Shown here: positions 37,696-48,128 of the stretch, piece after piece
How positions within the stretch are numbered: the stretch's first letter is position 1
How the letters are laid out: every line of letters starts with the position of its first letter
Source of the DNA: a candidate division WOR-3 bacterium
GTDB lineage: Bacteria; Hydrothermota; Tepidihabitantia; Tepidihabitantales; Tepidihabitantaceae
Reading direction: 5' to 3'
DNA length: 64,000 nucleotides
NCBI GenBank assembly: GCA_965649205.1
Contig: CBFGJV010000001.1
Span: forward strand, 19,285-83,284
The notes under the pieces: model-generated
Told to the model about the DNA's origin: nothing
The model's input: only the letters and a program-made list of their open reading frames with translations
Database searches by the model: none
Translations under genes and position numbers: made by a program

Positions 37696-40665
37696 ATGTC
37701 AGCCGTCAGAGACCTGTTTTCCCTTCATCCTGTTTGGGAAGAGGTTGTTACCAGAATTCAACGGGAGGAGCCAGTTTTCCTCAGTCATGTCCCCGGTTCG
37801 GCTCGCATACTGGTAATTTCTGAACTGGCAAAGAGGCTCAAGCGAAGGGCGTTACTGGTTCTACGCGACCCCGATGAAGTTGAGCTTCTGGTTGCAGACG
37901 GTCAAGTTCTTGTCGGGCATACTGACGTAAACCTGTGGCCTCATCCTGCCGGGCTGGAACAGAAGGCTGCTGTTCTGGTTTCCAGCGAAAAGAACTTGTC
38001 TCAGCCTGCGCTGGAACCGCTCCCACCGGAAAAGGCAAGTTTACGCCTAGAAGAAGGGGGGAGATGGGAGCGCGAGGAAGTGGTACAATGGTTGGAGGAA
38101 GCAGGTTATGAGAGGGTGGATCTGGTAGCCGAACCAGGCGAGTACAGCGTCCGTGGTGGCATCGTGGATGTTTTTCCCGAAGAAGCAGAGGAGCCAATCC
38201 GTGCCGAATTTGGTGACCAGGCCCTTCTGTCTTTGCGCAGGTTTGACCCGCTGACGCAGCGTTCGGTGGGAGTTTTGCATGCAGTTGTTATAACGACTAG
38301 GAGACAACCTGCGCTTTCCAGCAGGTTGGTGGTTGAGACGGTACCTCCAGAATGGTTGGTTGCGAGTGAAGTTGAAACCCCGGGCTTGAAGCCACTGGTG
38401 TTCCTAGCCGAATCGGAGGAAATACTGCCCAGCCTCGCTAATACCTCCACTGTTTCTTTGGTTGCCAAATTTGATGTCTGTTGTCTCCCGGCACCTAAGT
38501 ATTCCGGGAATATCGGATTGCTGATGGGCGATTTGGTAGGTGCGTATGAGAGGGTATTTGTTGCTTTGGGTTCTTTGGAGCGTCAGAAGAGATTGGCCCG
38601 TCTTTTGCCGCAGAAGGTGGAATACATTCTTGGTAATGTGAGTGCGGGATTCATCTGTCCGACCGGTTTTGTGCTTCTTACCGAGCGTGAGTTGTATGGA
38701 TTCACTATACCAAAACGGCGACGCAAACGCTTTCGCGGCGTACCAGTTGAGAACTTGACCATGTTACGCCCTGGGGACTTAGTGGTGCACGCTCATCATG
38801 GCATAGGTCGTTTTGAAGGCACGCGGCGGCTGGTTCATGCGGGGACAGAGAAGGATTACCTGACCGTCCGTTACGCAGGAAACGACAGGCTATATGTGCC
38901 GGTGGAAAATCTGGCCGCAATCGATCGCTACATAGGCGCAGAGGATACGCAAGTTCAGCTTGACCGCCTTGGGGGTCGGTCGTGGTTACTGGCAAAAGCC
39001 CGAGCAGCGCGCGCTAGTGCTCAGTATGCTGAAGAACTGCTGGAACTGGAAGCCCGTCGCAGCCTGACTCGTGGCTTTGCCTTCGGCCCAGATACAGAGT
39101 GGCAGTTGCAGCTGGAAGCAGCCTTTCCCTACGAAGAAACTGAAGACCAACTGCGAGTTGTTGAACAGGTGAAGCGTGACATGGAGAGCGGACGGCCTAT
39201 GGAGCGATTGGTGTGCGGAGAAGTGGGATATGGCAAAACCGAGGTCGCACTGCGTGCCGCATGCAAAGCGGTCTGCGCCTGCAAGCAGGTCGCGCTGTTA
39301 GCTCCGACTACCATTCTTGCCTGCCAGCACTTTGAAACCTTCTGTCGGCGCCTTGAGTCTTTCCCGGTGCGCGTGGAGATGCTTTCCCGTTTCGTTCCGC
39401 TGTCCAAGCGCAGGCAGATAATTGCAGACATTGCTGATGGGAAGGTGGACATTGTCATTGGTACCCACAGTCTGCTGGGAGAGGAAGTACGGTTTCGGGA
39501 TTTGGGACTGCTGATCATAGACGAAGAACAGAAATTTGGTGTCCGACAGAAAGAAAAGTTGAAGAAGCTCTATGTGCACGTAGACATTCTCAGTCTGACG
39601 GCGACGCCGGTGCCGCGGACGCTTTATCTGGCACTTGCGGGACTGCGGGACATATCGAACATCAACACGCCTCCTCCCGGGAGGAGGGAGGTTTTGACGG
39701 AGGTGGCAGAGTGGAGCGATGATTTGGTTGTGCGCTACGTGGAGCGGGAGCTGGCCCGAGATGGACAGGTATTCTTCGTGCACAACCGTATTGCGAGCCT
39801 GCCTCTGGTGGCACGCAGGCTGGAAAAGCTGTTTCCGGGACTGGATATCGCGGTTGCCCATGGGCAGATGTCTGCGCGGCGGTTACAGGACCTGTATCTG
39901 AATTTTGCGGCTGGGAAATATAAGATGCTGCTGTCTACGGCTATTATTGAATCAGGACTGGATTTGCCCAATGTGAATACCATCATTGTGGACCGGGCAG
40001 ACAGCTTTGGTCTTGCTGATTTGCACCAGTTGCGCGGTCGCGTGGGGCGTTCGGGCCGGCAGGCATACGCTCTTTTCCTGGTTCCCGCGACGATGCGGCA
40101 GTCAGGGATTACGCCTGAAGCCCGCAAACGGCTTTCTGCCTTGCTTGCCTATACTCGTCTCGGGTCGGGTTTCCGTCTGGCGATGCGCGACCTGGAGATA
40201 CGGGGGGCGGGTGAACTTCTCGGTACTCGTCAGCACGGACATATAGCCCGTGTGGGTCTCAATCTTTATGCCTCGATGCTCAGGGAGGCTGCGGCCCGCC
40301 TGAAGGGTGAGGCGCTTCCGGTTGAACCAGAGCTTGCTCTGGAAGTCACCGCTTTTTTCCCGGAGGAGTATGTGCCGGACAGTTTTGAACGCGTGGCTCT
40401 TTATCGTCGTCTGCTCACGGTGCGAGATGAAACTGAGCTGAACGAATTCCGCGCAGAGCTAGTGGACCGGTTCGGTCGCTACCCTTCTGTAGTCGAAAAT
40501 CTGTTTCTGGTTGCTCAAGTGCGTCTGATTGCGCGTCAGAAGCAGCTGCTGCGCGTAGAACTGAAATCGGGACGGGCGCGATTGGTCGGGCACCACGGAA
40601 GTAAGGAGTTTACGGCCGATTTAGAGGAACTGGTCGCGCGTCTGCAACAGATGGAACCAATGTAA
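37696..40665 (+). CDS. mfd: transcription-repair coupling factor
   Basis: 989 aa. RecG-like SF2 helicase motifs (GDVGYGKTEVALRAA, DEEQKFGVRQKEKLK, SATPVPRTL) and a TRCF C-terminal domain. Confidence 0.95.
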   Translation: MSAVRDLFSLHPVWEEVVTRIQREEPVFLSHVPGSARILVISELAKRLKRRALLVLRDPDEVELLVADGQVLVGHTDVNLWPHPAGLEQKAAVLVSSEKNLSQPALEPLPPEKASLRLEEGGRWEREEVVQWLEEAGYERVDLVAEPGEYSVRGGIVDVFPEEAEEPIRAEFGDQALLSLRRFDPLTQRSVGVLHAVVITTRRQPALSSRLVVETVPPEWLVASEVETPGLKPLVFLAESEEILPSLANTSTVSLVAKFDVCCLPAPKYSGNIGLLMGDLVGAYERVFVALGSLERQKRLARLLPQKVEYILGNVSAGFICPTGFVLLTERELYGFTIPKRRRKRFRGVPVENLTMLRPGDLVVHAHHGIGRFEGTRRLVHAGTEKDYLTVRYAGNDRLYVPVENLAAIDRYIGAEDTQVQLDRLGGRSWLLAKARAARASAQYAEELLELEARRSLTRGFAFGPDTEWQLQLEAAFPYEETEDQLRVVEQVKRDMESGRPMERLVCGEVGYGKTEVALRAACKAVCACKQVALLAPTTILACQHFETFCRRLESFPVRVEMLSRFVPLSKRRQIIADIADGKVDIVIGTHSLLGEEVRFRDLGLLIIDEEQKFGVRQKEKLKKLYVHVDILSLTATPVPRTLYLALAGLRDISNINTPPPGRREVLTEVAEWSDDLVVRYVERELARDGQVFFVHNRIASLPLVARRLEKLFPGLDIAVAHGQMSARRLQDLYLNFAAGKYKMLLSTAIIESGLDLPNVNTIIVDRADSFGLADLHQLRGRVGRSGRQAYALFLVPATMRQSGITPEARKRLSALLAYTRLGSGFRLAMRDLEIRGAGELLGTRQHGHIARVGLNLYASMLREAAARLKGEALPVEPELALEVTAFFPEEYVPDSFERVALYRRLLTVRDETELNEFRAELVDRFGRYPSVVENLFLVAQVRLIARQKQLLRVELKSGRARLVGHHGSKEFTADLEELVARLQQMEPM

Positions 40666-40785
40666 CCGCCGGCTTACCCAATTTTGCTACTCGACATAGG
40701 ATACTTAAGGTTGTTTGCGGTTTAGCTTCGCTTTCTGTAAGGAAAATACTGATGACCAAGACTTTGGCGGTCTGGCAGTGTTGAG

Positions 40786-41211
40786 TTAGGTCTGTGTTTT
40801 TTCCGGAAGAGGACCGAGGGCTATTATGGTCTCTGTGAATTTTGTCACCGCGTCGGCAAAACGTTGACCCTCGGAGGCTGAAATCCATTCCAGATGAAGC
40901 CTTTGAGGTTCTATTCCCAGTCCCCTTAGAAGAGACTGTAGCAGCATTATTCTTTTCTGGGTCTTGTAGTTACCCGAAACGTAGTGGCAGTCACCCGGGT
41001 GGCACCCACCGATAAAAACCCCGTCCGCTCCGTCCCGGAATGCTTTGAGGATAAACTGAGGGTCTATGCGGCCAGTGCACATTACCCGTATAATGCGAAT
41101 GTTAGCGGGGTATCTGAGCCTGGCTGTTCCGGCCAAGTCGGCACCTGCGTAACAGCACCAGTTGCAGGCGAATCCTACGATGCGAGGTTGAAAGCCAGGG
41201 GAAGAACTCAT
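40786..41211 (-). CDS. mvhD: MvhD-like (methyl-viologen-reducing hydrogenase delta / FlpD-type) iron-sulfur electron-transfer subunit
   Basis: [10 protein letters not shown] motif characteristic of MvhD. The ATG overlaps the hdrA TGA stop (ATGA). Confidence 0.75.
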   Translation of the reverse strand: MSSSPGFQPRIVGFACNWCCYAGADLAGTARLRYPANIRIIRVMCTGRIDPQFILKAFRDGADGVFIGGCHPGDCHYVSGNYKTQKRIMLLQSLLRGLGIEPQRLHLEWISASEGQRFADAVTKFTETIIALGPLPEKTQT

Positions 41212-43205
41212 GTTGTTTCGTTTGTACACACGAGCAGTGCGTCCAACTGGGCGTCTATTTGTGTGGTTGTGAAATTGCGCAGAGAGATGGCTCCCGAAGG
41301 GCATGCTGCCGGACACACACCGCAGCCTTTACACAGTACCTGATTTACTGTCATCACATCGCGCATGGGGTCGTAGACAAGTGCGCCATAAGGACACAGT
41401 GCTTCGCATATATGACAGGCAGAGCAGGCATCGGGATTGACTTCTGCTACAAGCGATTCTACTACCACCTTGCCGCGATTAAGAAGGGCAATGGCCGAGG
41501 CAGCGGCCGCTTTGGCCTGGGCCACAGTGTCGGGAATGTCCTTAGGGCCTTGGCAGCATCCAGCCAGGTAAACCCCGTCCGTATTCGTGTCTACCGGTCT
41601 TAGCTTGGGATGCGCTTCCAGGTAGAAGCGATCGGAGGAAAGAGATAGTTTCAGCATCTGAGCCAGTTCTTTGTAGCCGGGACTTGGCTCTAATCCAATA
41701 CCTAGCACTACCAGGTCTGTTTCGTGTTCAATGACCTGACCAAGAAGAGTGTCTTCTACCCGCACTACTAGTTTGTCCTTGCGTTTGAAGATTTCTGAGG
41801 GTTTACCGCGTCTGAAGAATACTCCTTCCGCACGCACGCGATCGTAGAACTCCTCAAATCCCTTTCCGTACGCGCGGATGTCCATATAGTAGCTGGTAAC
41901 CTTCGCCTCCGGCAGCCTGTCTTTGACCATATGTGCCTGTTTGATGATGAACATGCAGCATACGCGCGAGCAGTATTCGTTGCCTACGGCTTTGTCTCGC
42001 GAACCTACGCAGTGGATAAACACTACATCGCGGGGCGGTCGGCCGTCCGATAGCCTTATGAGTTTGCCACCAGTCGGCCCGCCCGCAGAAAGCAGTCGTT
42101 CAAATTCCAGAGCGGTAAGGACATCCTGGTATTTGCCGTATCCAAACTCGGGACTGCGCGTCGCGTCGTATACCTCCATGCCCGTTGCCAGCACCACGGC
42201 ACCCACCTGTAGTTCTATGTCTCTGTCTTCTTCATCATAATTGATGCATTTCTTCTGGCATGCCTGCAGACATTTCTCGCAGGCACGGGGAAGACGACCC
42301 AGACAGTCCTGCGGGTTTAGGACAAAAGCTGCCGGTACCGCTTGGGGGAAAGGCTGGTAGATTGCTCTTCGTGTAGTGAGACCCAGGTTAAATTCGTCTG
42401 GCAGCATCTGCGGACAGACAGGTACGCAGTCGCCGCAAGCAGTACATTCACTCAAGCTGACGTACCTTGCCTTCTGGTGCACCTTCACTTTGAAGTTGCC
42501 GACGAAACCACTAACTTCCTTCACTTCCGCTAGAGTAAGAAGCTCGATGTTCGGATGTCGAGAGACGTCCACCATTTTAGGAGTAAGAATACAGGCGGAG
42601 CAGTCGAGGGTAGGAAATGTCTTGTCCAGCTGCGCCATGTGTCCGCCAATAGAGGCTTCTCGTTCTACCAGATATACCTTGTATCCGGCTTCCGCTATGT
42701 CCAGAGCTGCCTGAATTCCTGCTATTCCGCCTCCCACGACTAGACACGCTTTGGTTACATCGGCGTAGTGTTCTTGAACCTCCTCTAGTAGTCTAGCGCG
42801 GGCTACTGCGCTTCTCACTAAATCTTTGGCTTTTCGGGTAGCTTCTTCTCTATCCGGATGCACCCAAGAACATTGCTCACGAATATTTGCCATTTCAAAA
42901 AGGTAGCGGTTCATTCCTGCTCCGAAAACTGCGCCGCGGAAAGTGGGTTCGTGCATCCTTGGCGAGCAGGCCGCTACAACAACACGAGTCAGGCGTGCCT
43001 CTTTGATGTCGCGTTTAATTAGGTCCTGCCCTGGGTCGGAACACATGTACATATAGTCTTTTGCGAGAACTACATCGGGAAGCGTGGCTGCGTACTGGAC
43101 TACCGCTTTCACGTCCACGGTCTGGGCGATGTTTGTGCCGCAGTGGCAGACATATACCCCGACGCGTGGTCGCACACCTGTAGCAGATCCCGGGACGGAA
43201 GTCAT
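41208..43205 (-). CDS. hdrA: heterodisulfide reductase subunit A-like flavoprotein (HdrA)
   Basis: 665 aa. FAD-binding [19 protein letters not shown], several Cys clusters (CxxCxxC...CP ferredoxin motifs) and an N-terminal CHC cluster. Typical HdrA architecture. Confidence 0.85.
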   Translation of the reverse strand: MTSVPGSATGVRPRVGVYVCHCGTNIAQTVDVKAVVQYAATLPDVVLAKDYMYMCSDPGQDLIKRDIKEARLTRVVVAACSPRMHEPTFRGAVFGAGMNRYLFEMANIREQCSWVHPDREEATRKAKDLVRSAVARARLLEEVQEHYADVTKACLVVGGGIAGIQAALDIAEAGYKVYLVEREASIGGHMAQLDKTFPTLDCSACILTPKMVDVSRHPNIELLTLAEVKEVSGFVGNFKVKVHQKARYVSLSECTACGDCVPVCPQMLPDEFNLGLTTRRAIYQPFPQAVPAAFVLNPQDCLGRLPRACEKCLQACQKKCINYDEEDRDIELQVGAVVLATGMEVYDATRSPEFGYGKYQDVLTALEFERLLSAGGPTGGKLIRLSDGRPPRDVVFIHCVGSRDKAVGNEYCSRVCCMFIIKQAHMVKDRLPEAKVTSYYMDIRAYGKGFEEFYDRVRAEGVFFRRGKPSEIFKRKDKLVVRVEDTLLGQVIEHETDLVVLGIGLEPSPGYKELAQMLKLSLSSDRFYLEAHPKLRPVDTNTDGVYLAGCCQGPKDIPDTVAQAKAAAASAIALLNRGKVVVESLVAEVNPDACSACHICEALCPYGALVYDPMRDVMTVNQVLCKGCGVCPAACPSGAISLRNFTTTQIDAQLDALLVCTNETT

Positions 43206-43297
43206 AGTTTTAGCTTAGAGTCTTGGCGATGTTGTCGGCTAATACTGTCTCGGTGAAGCATCCTAATGCTCTGTTTCTTTTGGGTGAGCTAGCAGCA

Positions 43298-44269
43298 TTA
43301 TCTTGCTTCCGCCAGTTTTGCTTTCAGTGCCGGCACAACCTTATGCATATCGTCGACTATGCCGTAGTGGGCGATTGAGAATATTGGTGCGTTCGGGTCT
43401 TTATTAACCGCAATTATCGTTTCTGCTGCTCTCATGCCGGCGACGTGCTGGAACGTGCCGGAAATACCTAACGCCAGATAGAGCTTGGGTTTGACTGTTC
43501 TGCCGGAGGAACCTACCTGGCATTCTTTGGGAAGCCAGCCGGCGTCAATAACCGGTCTGGAGCCAGCCAGAACTCCGCCCAAGGCATCAGCCAGTTCTTT
43601 CACCGCCGGCAGATTAGCCGGATCCTTCAGCCCGCGTCCAACGACAACAATGACGGAAGCTTTAGTTATGTCTATGCCCGTTACGGGGATTTCTTCCCAA
43701 GCTATGAATTTTGTGGCGAATTGCCTGGTCAAAGCATCTGCCGGATTCCAGTTCTCAAAGGTTGATACAAGGCTAGCAGATGTCGGCTTGAAATGCGACT
43801 GTCTAACCATTACTATCGCCGGCTTGGTCTTAATAAGTCGCTCTGCGCATAGCTTACTCGCATACATTCCGCGGGTGACAACTAGGCCTGCGGGGGTCCA
43901 GCTAAAGCCGGCGGCATCCGACACCAGACCAAGTCCCAACTCAGCAGCCAGGCTAGGAGCAAGGTCCGTACCGAAAGCGGAGTGACCAATCATAAGAATA
44001 GAAAACGGGCGTTCGGAGAGCAGTCTTGCCAGCACGCACTGGTAAACTTCGTAATTGTAGTCAGAGAGAAGGCGATGTTCGGCTACTATTATGACATCCG
44101 CATGACCTTTCAGTTGTTCCAGCAGAGAAGAGCACTCGTGCCCGAGCAGGATAGCTTGAACCTTACCTCCAGTCTGCTTGGCGAGGTCGCGCGCGGCCGC
44201 CAGCATCTCAAAACTGATGTCCCGTACGGTCCCCAGTCTGTGTTCTACCAATACGGCTATGTCGCTCAT
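43298..44269 (-). CDS. etfA: electron transfer flavoprotein alpha subunit (EtfA/FixB)
   Basis: C-terminal FAD-binding block PKLYLALGISGTFQHVAGM...IIAVNKDPNAPIF. Confidence 0.9.
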   Translation of the reverse strand: MSDIAVLVEHRLGTVRDISFEMLAAARDLAKQTGGKVQAILLGHECSSLLEQLKGHADVIIVAEHRLLSDYNYEVYQCVLARLLSERPFSILMIGHSAFGTDLAPSLAAELGLGLVSDAAGFSWTPAGLVVTRGMYASKLCAERLIKTKPAIVMVRQSHFKPTSASLVSTFENWNPADALTRQFATKFIAWEEIPVTGIDITKASVIVVVGRGLKDPANLPAVKELADALGGVLAGSRPVIDAGWLPKECQVGSSGRTVKPKLYLALGISGTFQHVAGMRAAETIIAVNKDPNAPIFSIAHYGIVDDMHKVVPALKAKLAEAR

Positions 44270-45045
44270 ACCAGTCTCTTCTCCTTGAGAATCTCGACTA
44301 CACGTTGTGCCTTGGCTGGTATTTCACCTACTATAATCTCTGCTGCAGAGGTCACTTCGGGTTTGAACAGTCGTAACAATTCTGTCTTCGGCTCTTCTTT
44401 CTCAAGTTCGAAGCCCAGCTCGTTGCTTCCTTTCTCAACTATTGGTTTAGTGCCTGCTCTTTTGATTCCGAGGATGGATGCATACCTCGGAGTATTTCCC
44501 CCTGTCTGGACCGACAGTACACAAGGCAAAGGTATTTCTTTTACCTCGAGATAGCCTCCCTCCAGTTCTCGTTTTACCGACATCTTTTCTCCCGCAAGTG
44601 TAAGTTTGATGCAGTAGGCCGCGTGGGGCAGACCGAGGAGTTGAGCAAGCGCGGGGCCTACCTGTGAATCCTCTACATCCTGAGCGACACACCCCGTCAG
44701 GATTAGGTCGAAACTCTCTTTGCGAAAGTACGCTGCCAGCACTTGTGCCAACATTAGTCCATCAGCTTGCTGGAGGCCGGTATCGTCTATTCTTACGGCT
44801 GTCTCGGCGCCCTTGGCCAGAGCCATACGTAGTACTTCTGTCGCCTCCTTGCTGCCTACCGTGACTACCGTCACCTGGGCCCCGGAAGTTTCCTTCAAAA
44901 GAAGCGCCTCCTCCAAAGCGTAGTTGTCCGACTCGTTAATCGTGTAGACCAGCTTATCCTTTACGATGTCCCTGCCTGTTTCATCTACCTGCACCGTGGC
45001 TTCGGAAACATCCGGTACTCGTCGCAAACAGACTGCTATCTTCAT
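44266..45045 (-). CDS. etfB: electron transfer flavoprotein beta subunit (EtfB/FixA)
   Basis: MKIAVCLRRVPD...VNESDNYALEEALLLKE is typical of the EtfB N-terminus. Overlaps the etfA start. Confidence 0.9.
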   Translation of the reverse strand: MKIAVCLRRVPDVSEATVQVDETGRDIVKDKLVYTINESDNYALEEALLLKETSGAQVTVVTVGSKEATEVLRMALAKGAETAVRIDDTGLQQADGLMLAQVLAAYFRKESFDLILTGCVAQDVEDSQVGPALAQLLGLPHAAYCIKLTLAGEKMSVKRELEGGYLEVKEIPLPCVLSVQTGGNTPRYASILGIKRAGTKPIVEKGSNELGFELEKEEPKTELLRLFKPEVTSAAEIIVGEIPAKAQRVVEILKEKRLV

Positions 45046-45190
45046 GGTTTTGGTCTCCAGTTCTCGAACCGTGCTTGATTTTTGCGTCTAAGAGAACCAA
45101 TCATGGTGAAAAAGGTGGAAGTAAGATACAGCAAAACCTTTATGCGTCAAGCCAGGAAAGACAAGAGGGCGGCGTGGAACCGCCCTCTGA

Positions 45191-45265
45191 TAGCCCCATG
45201 GGGATTTGAACCCCAGTCTTCTGGCTGAGAACCAGATGTCCTAGGCCGGACTAGACGATGGGGCC
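45191..45265 (-). tRNA. tRNA-Glu (anticodon CUC)
   Basis: The reverse complement gives GGCCCCATCGTCTAGTCCGGCCTAGGACATCTGGTTCTCAGCCAGAAGACTGGGGTTCAAATCCCCATGGGGCTA, a 75-nt cloverleaf. The 7-bp acceptor stem starts with a G-U pair. The anticodon loop is TTCTCAG (CUC). The D-arm resembles bacterial tRNA-Glu. No CCA is encoded. Confidence 0.9.
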
Positions 45266-45559
45266 ACAGACATTCGTCTATTGGCCAATAATAGCTTTGG
45301 AATTGAAGGTGTCAATGTCAAGGTTTTCGCTAGAAGCGCCAGCCAAGGCCCAGCGTAAGCTCCTGTCTCGGACTGGCGCGTTTCCTATGAGAGCTGCAGC
45401 GCCGGCAACTCGTCAGGGTCAGGCACAGGCAATGGGAAAATGCTCTTGCCCGCCTGCGGCACAACCCGCTTCAGTATCCCACGCCCTTTAGACTCTTGAT
45501 GTCGGTTCCTCTTGGTGTTTGCTAAAAAGCACTTGACCTTATTACCTACCAAAGTACCC

Positions 45560-45960
45560 GCGCCTACCGTTATGCGGCCAGACAGCTTCCTCAACTGCTC
45601 CCTGACCAGCCTGGCCGGCAACTCACAGACCGGCCTACTCAGCCGCCCGCCAAGCGACCAGCTAAGCCACTCACCCAGCCGCCCCTCTGACAACTCTCCC
45701 TCCCATTCTCCCTTCTGCCTGCCAACCTGCCCTCTAAACAGCTCTCCAGACCACCCACCAGCCAGCCTACTCCCCGACCCCCCTCCCGACCCGGCTAACT
45801 ACTCGCCAAACCACCCGCCTCACCGCCCGGTATTCTGCTCCCAGAACAACCCGCCAGACCGCCCACCCAGCAGTCTCCCCAGCGACCCCCCTACGAAAAA
45901 GCTTCACTTACAACACTGATCCGCCGCCCTTACAGCCGTACCGCCTCTCTACCGCACACA
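45560..45960. repeat. C/A-rich, G-depleted low-complexity tract with degenerate CCAGNCCGCCCACCCAGC-like units, inside a ~940-bp gene-free region
   Basis: The plus strand is almost devoid of G. Motifs CCGCCCGCC, CCCACCC and CTCCC recur. The only ORF here is a Pro-rich compositional artefact. Confidence 0.6.
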
Positions 45961-46209
45961 CATTTACGAAATTTCCTCCCCGCGGCATATAAAACTATAG
46001 AGGCGAAAAATGAAAAACATCCCCCTCCGGTCCGAAACCAGACAACTCCACGCCCGCATCCGCTCTTAGGAATACATAAATACGTCTTGCATGTTGGTGC
46101 TGAGAGACTACAATCTGGCGTGAGATGTGTTGGCAGGTTCCCGGCTCGGGGCAGAAAGAGCGGTACAAGAAGTTAAGGAACGTGCCCGGCTTTGCGTGAC
46201 GAGGTATAG

Positions 46210-46881
46210 ATGGCTCGGTCAGTGAAACTAGCCACGTCTGGGGGGTGGCGTTGCTTCTACTGCAACACATTTGTTAACAGAGAGATGGAAAAGTGTCCGA
46301 GCTGTGGGTGTGAGTTTGTTCAAACAGGCAGGGATGAGGGTGGGGTCAAAGAGCCTGAGGCCGAGAACTCGTCTGGCCGTTCTGTGCGCCTCCAGCAATC
46401 ATTTAGGGTTCGCAGACAGAGTTACACAATTCCTTTGATAGTACTGGCGATCTGCTCGTTCCTGCTGGCCGTTCTGCTCAGGCCAAAACCCCGCCATGGT
46501 GTACTTCTGTCTGAGCCAGGCACGCCTCGGCCAAGCTACAGGATTCTGGAAATGCGGCAGCTCCCTTTGCAAGGTATCAACAGGATTAGTTTAGTCGGGC
46601 TAGCGAGACCAGAGCTTCCCGATGAGAGCTTCAAAGCCGTGCTGGACTGGATGTTGTACAATACCCTATACAGCGAGAATCATCTGCGGCGCCAAGCCGT
46701 ACGAGTAGTATGGGCATATGTCCTTACCGATTCTCTCGCTCCCAGATCGCATTGGAGGGCTATGGCAATCTGGACGGATTCGTTACTACCCAAACCTCTG
46801 CGTCCGGCCGGAATCGGAGGCGATGCTATCAGGCAAGGCCAGGTTGAGTACGACGTTACCAATCCGCTGTTGCAACGCTAG
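46210..46881 (+). CDS. hypothetical membrane protein with N-terminal zinc-ribbon (CxxC..CxxC)
   Basis: CFYCNTFVNREMEKCPSCGC, one TM helix (IPLIVLAICSFLLAVLL), and a C-terminal domain of unknown function. Confidence 0.45.
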   Translation: MARSVKLATSGGWRCFYCNTFVNREMEKCPSCGCEFVQTGRDEGGVKEPEAENSSGRSVRLQQSFRVRRQSYTIPLIVLAICSFLLAVLLRPKPRHGVLLSEPGTPRPSYRILEMRQLPLQGINRISLVGLARPELPDESFKAVLDWMLYNTLYSENHLRRQAVRVVWAYVLTDSLAPRSHWRAMAIWTDSLLPKPLRPAGIGGDAIRQGQVEYDVTNPLLQR

Positions 46882-46939
46882 TTTTTGAGTATGCGGAAGA
46901 TAAGATGTCGGGCTGGCGTCGGAGCTTTCGAGAAAACCT

Positions 46940-47539
46940 GTGAACAATCATAGGGATACAGGCAACCATCCGACCTGCTGGACGTCAAAACTTAATGAGA
47001 ACTCGGTGCGCGGTAGCGCCGAAACGGCAGGAAAAAAGAAGCCGCAGGACAAAGATGAGCGGTTTGAGCAATTATACCGAGAAAATAAAGCCAAAGTGAT
47101 GTCTACTGCTTACCGCCTGCTGGGAAATCGCGCGGACGCCGAAGATGTGACCCAAGATGTGTTTATCAAAGTCTACAAGCATATAGACTCTTTTCGAGGG
47201 GAATCAGCGGTGACTACCTGGATTTACAGGATAACCGTGAATGCCTGTTATGACCTTCTGCGGAAACGCAGGCGCGAGCAGACGATATCACTGGAGGATT
47301 GTACCGAACTCAGTACGGAATCTAGGTCACTGAAAGAACTGATTGAGTCTATGGTTGCAAGGCTGCCAGAAACCTACCGCAGTGTTTTTACTCTTCATGA
47401 CATACAAGGTCTAAAACATACGGAAATAGCTAAGGTGCTCGGAATTACTGTGGGGACCAGTAAATCGCTGCTACACAGGGCGAGGGCCCAGTTGCGGAAA
47501 AAACTGAGCCCTTATATAAAGAGATGGATAAGTCTTTAG
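46940..47539 (+). CDS. RNA polymerase ECF-type sigma-70 factor
   Basis: Region 2 is AEDVTQDVFIKVYKHIDSF...WIYRITVNACYDLLRKRRR. Region 4 HTH is HDIQGLKHTEIAKVLGITVGTSKSLLHRARAQLRKKL. Confidence 0.85.
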   Translation: MNNHRDTGNHPTCWTSKLNENSVRGSAETAGKKKPQDKDERFEQLYRENKAKVMSTAYRLLGNRADAEDVTQDVFIKVYKHIDSFRGESAVTTWIYRITVNACYDLLRKRRREQTISLEDCTELSTESRSLKELIESMVARLPETYRSVFTLHDIQGLKHTEIAKVLGITVGTSKSLLHRARAQLRKKLSPYIKRWISL

Positions 47540-47558
47540 AAAGGACATACCGGACCAT

Positions 47559-48128
47559 GTGCGCCGAGAGGAGGTATGCACGGATAAACACCCTGTTGAT
47601 GAGAAATTAAGTGCCTATCTTGAAGGTGAATTAAGCCAGACAGAAAGTGACGAGATAGAGCGGCATCTAGGCATGTGCTTAGAGTGCCGTTCGGTCTTGT
47701 CGGAGTTGCGCGCAATACGCGAGGCGGCTGCGGGGCTTGAGGAGATTCAGCCGTCGCCGACCGTCTGGTTGGCAGTCAGAGACAGGATAGGCACGGCGAG
47801 ACCAAGGACAGACACAGTTCTCAGTCGAGCCTGGCCAGCTGTTGCCGCTGGCATCATACTTGTGATAGCAGTGCTGTTGCTGCGCTCTGGAATAACAAAC
47901 GGAGGCAGGAAAGGGGTTATTGCGTCAACAGCCTGGTCGCATAAGGCAGCAGGTGTAGAAGCGGTCGAGTGCGAAGAGTATATAAATGCTCTGGACGAAG
48001 CGATAGAAGAATGCGAGGCAGCCCTAGCCGAGAATCCCCAGAGTTTTAGGGTGCAGTATACATATCTTTCCCTTGTCTCCAGCCAGCTCAGCATGGTCAA
48101 TAGACTATCTCCGCGAGGCGGGCGATGA
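47559..48128 (+). CDS. zinc-finger anti-sigma factor (HxxxCxxC) with one TM helix
   Basis: ERHLGMCLECR zf-HC2-like motif, TM helix VAAGIILVIAVLLL, and a position immediately downstream of the ECF sigma gene. Confidence 0.6.
   Translation: MRREEVCTDKHPVDEKLSAYLEGELSQTESDEIERHLGMCLECRSVLSELRAIREAAAGLEEIQPSPTVWLAVRDRIGTARPRTDTVLSRAWPAVAAGIILVIAVLLLRSGITNGGRKGVIASTAWSHKAAGVEAVECEEYINALDEAIEECEAALAENPQSFRVQYTYLSLVSSQLSMVNRLSPRGGR

Noticed and set aside
40610-40888. 92-aa minus-strand ORF spanning the mfd stop and the mfd-mvhD intergenic region
   Set aside because: It overlaps the 3' end of mfd and a convergent intergenic spacer. It has no RBS and no recognisable motif.
45512-45919. 135-aa Pro/Ser-rich ORF in the C-rich tract
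   Set aside because: It is a translation of a G-free low-complexity sequence. It has no RBS and no domain, and its reading frame is arbitrary.
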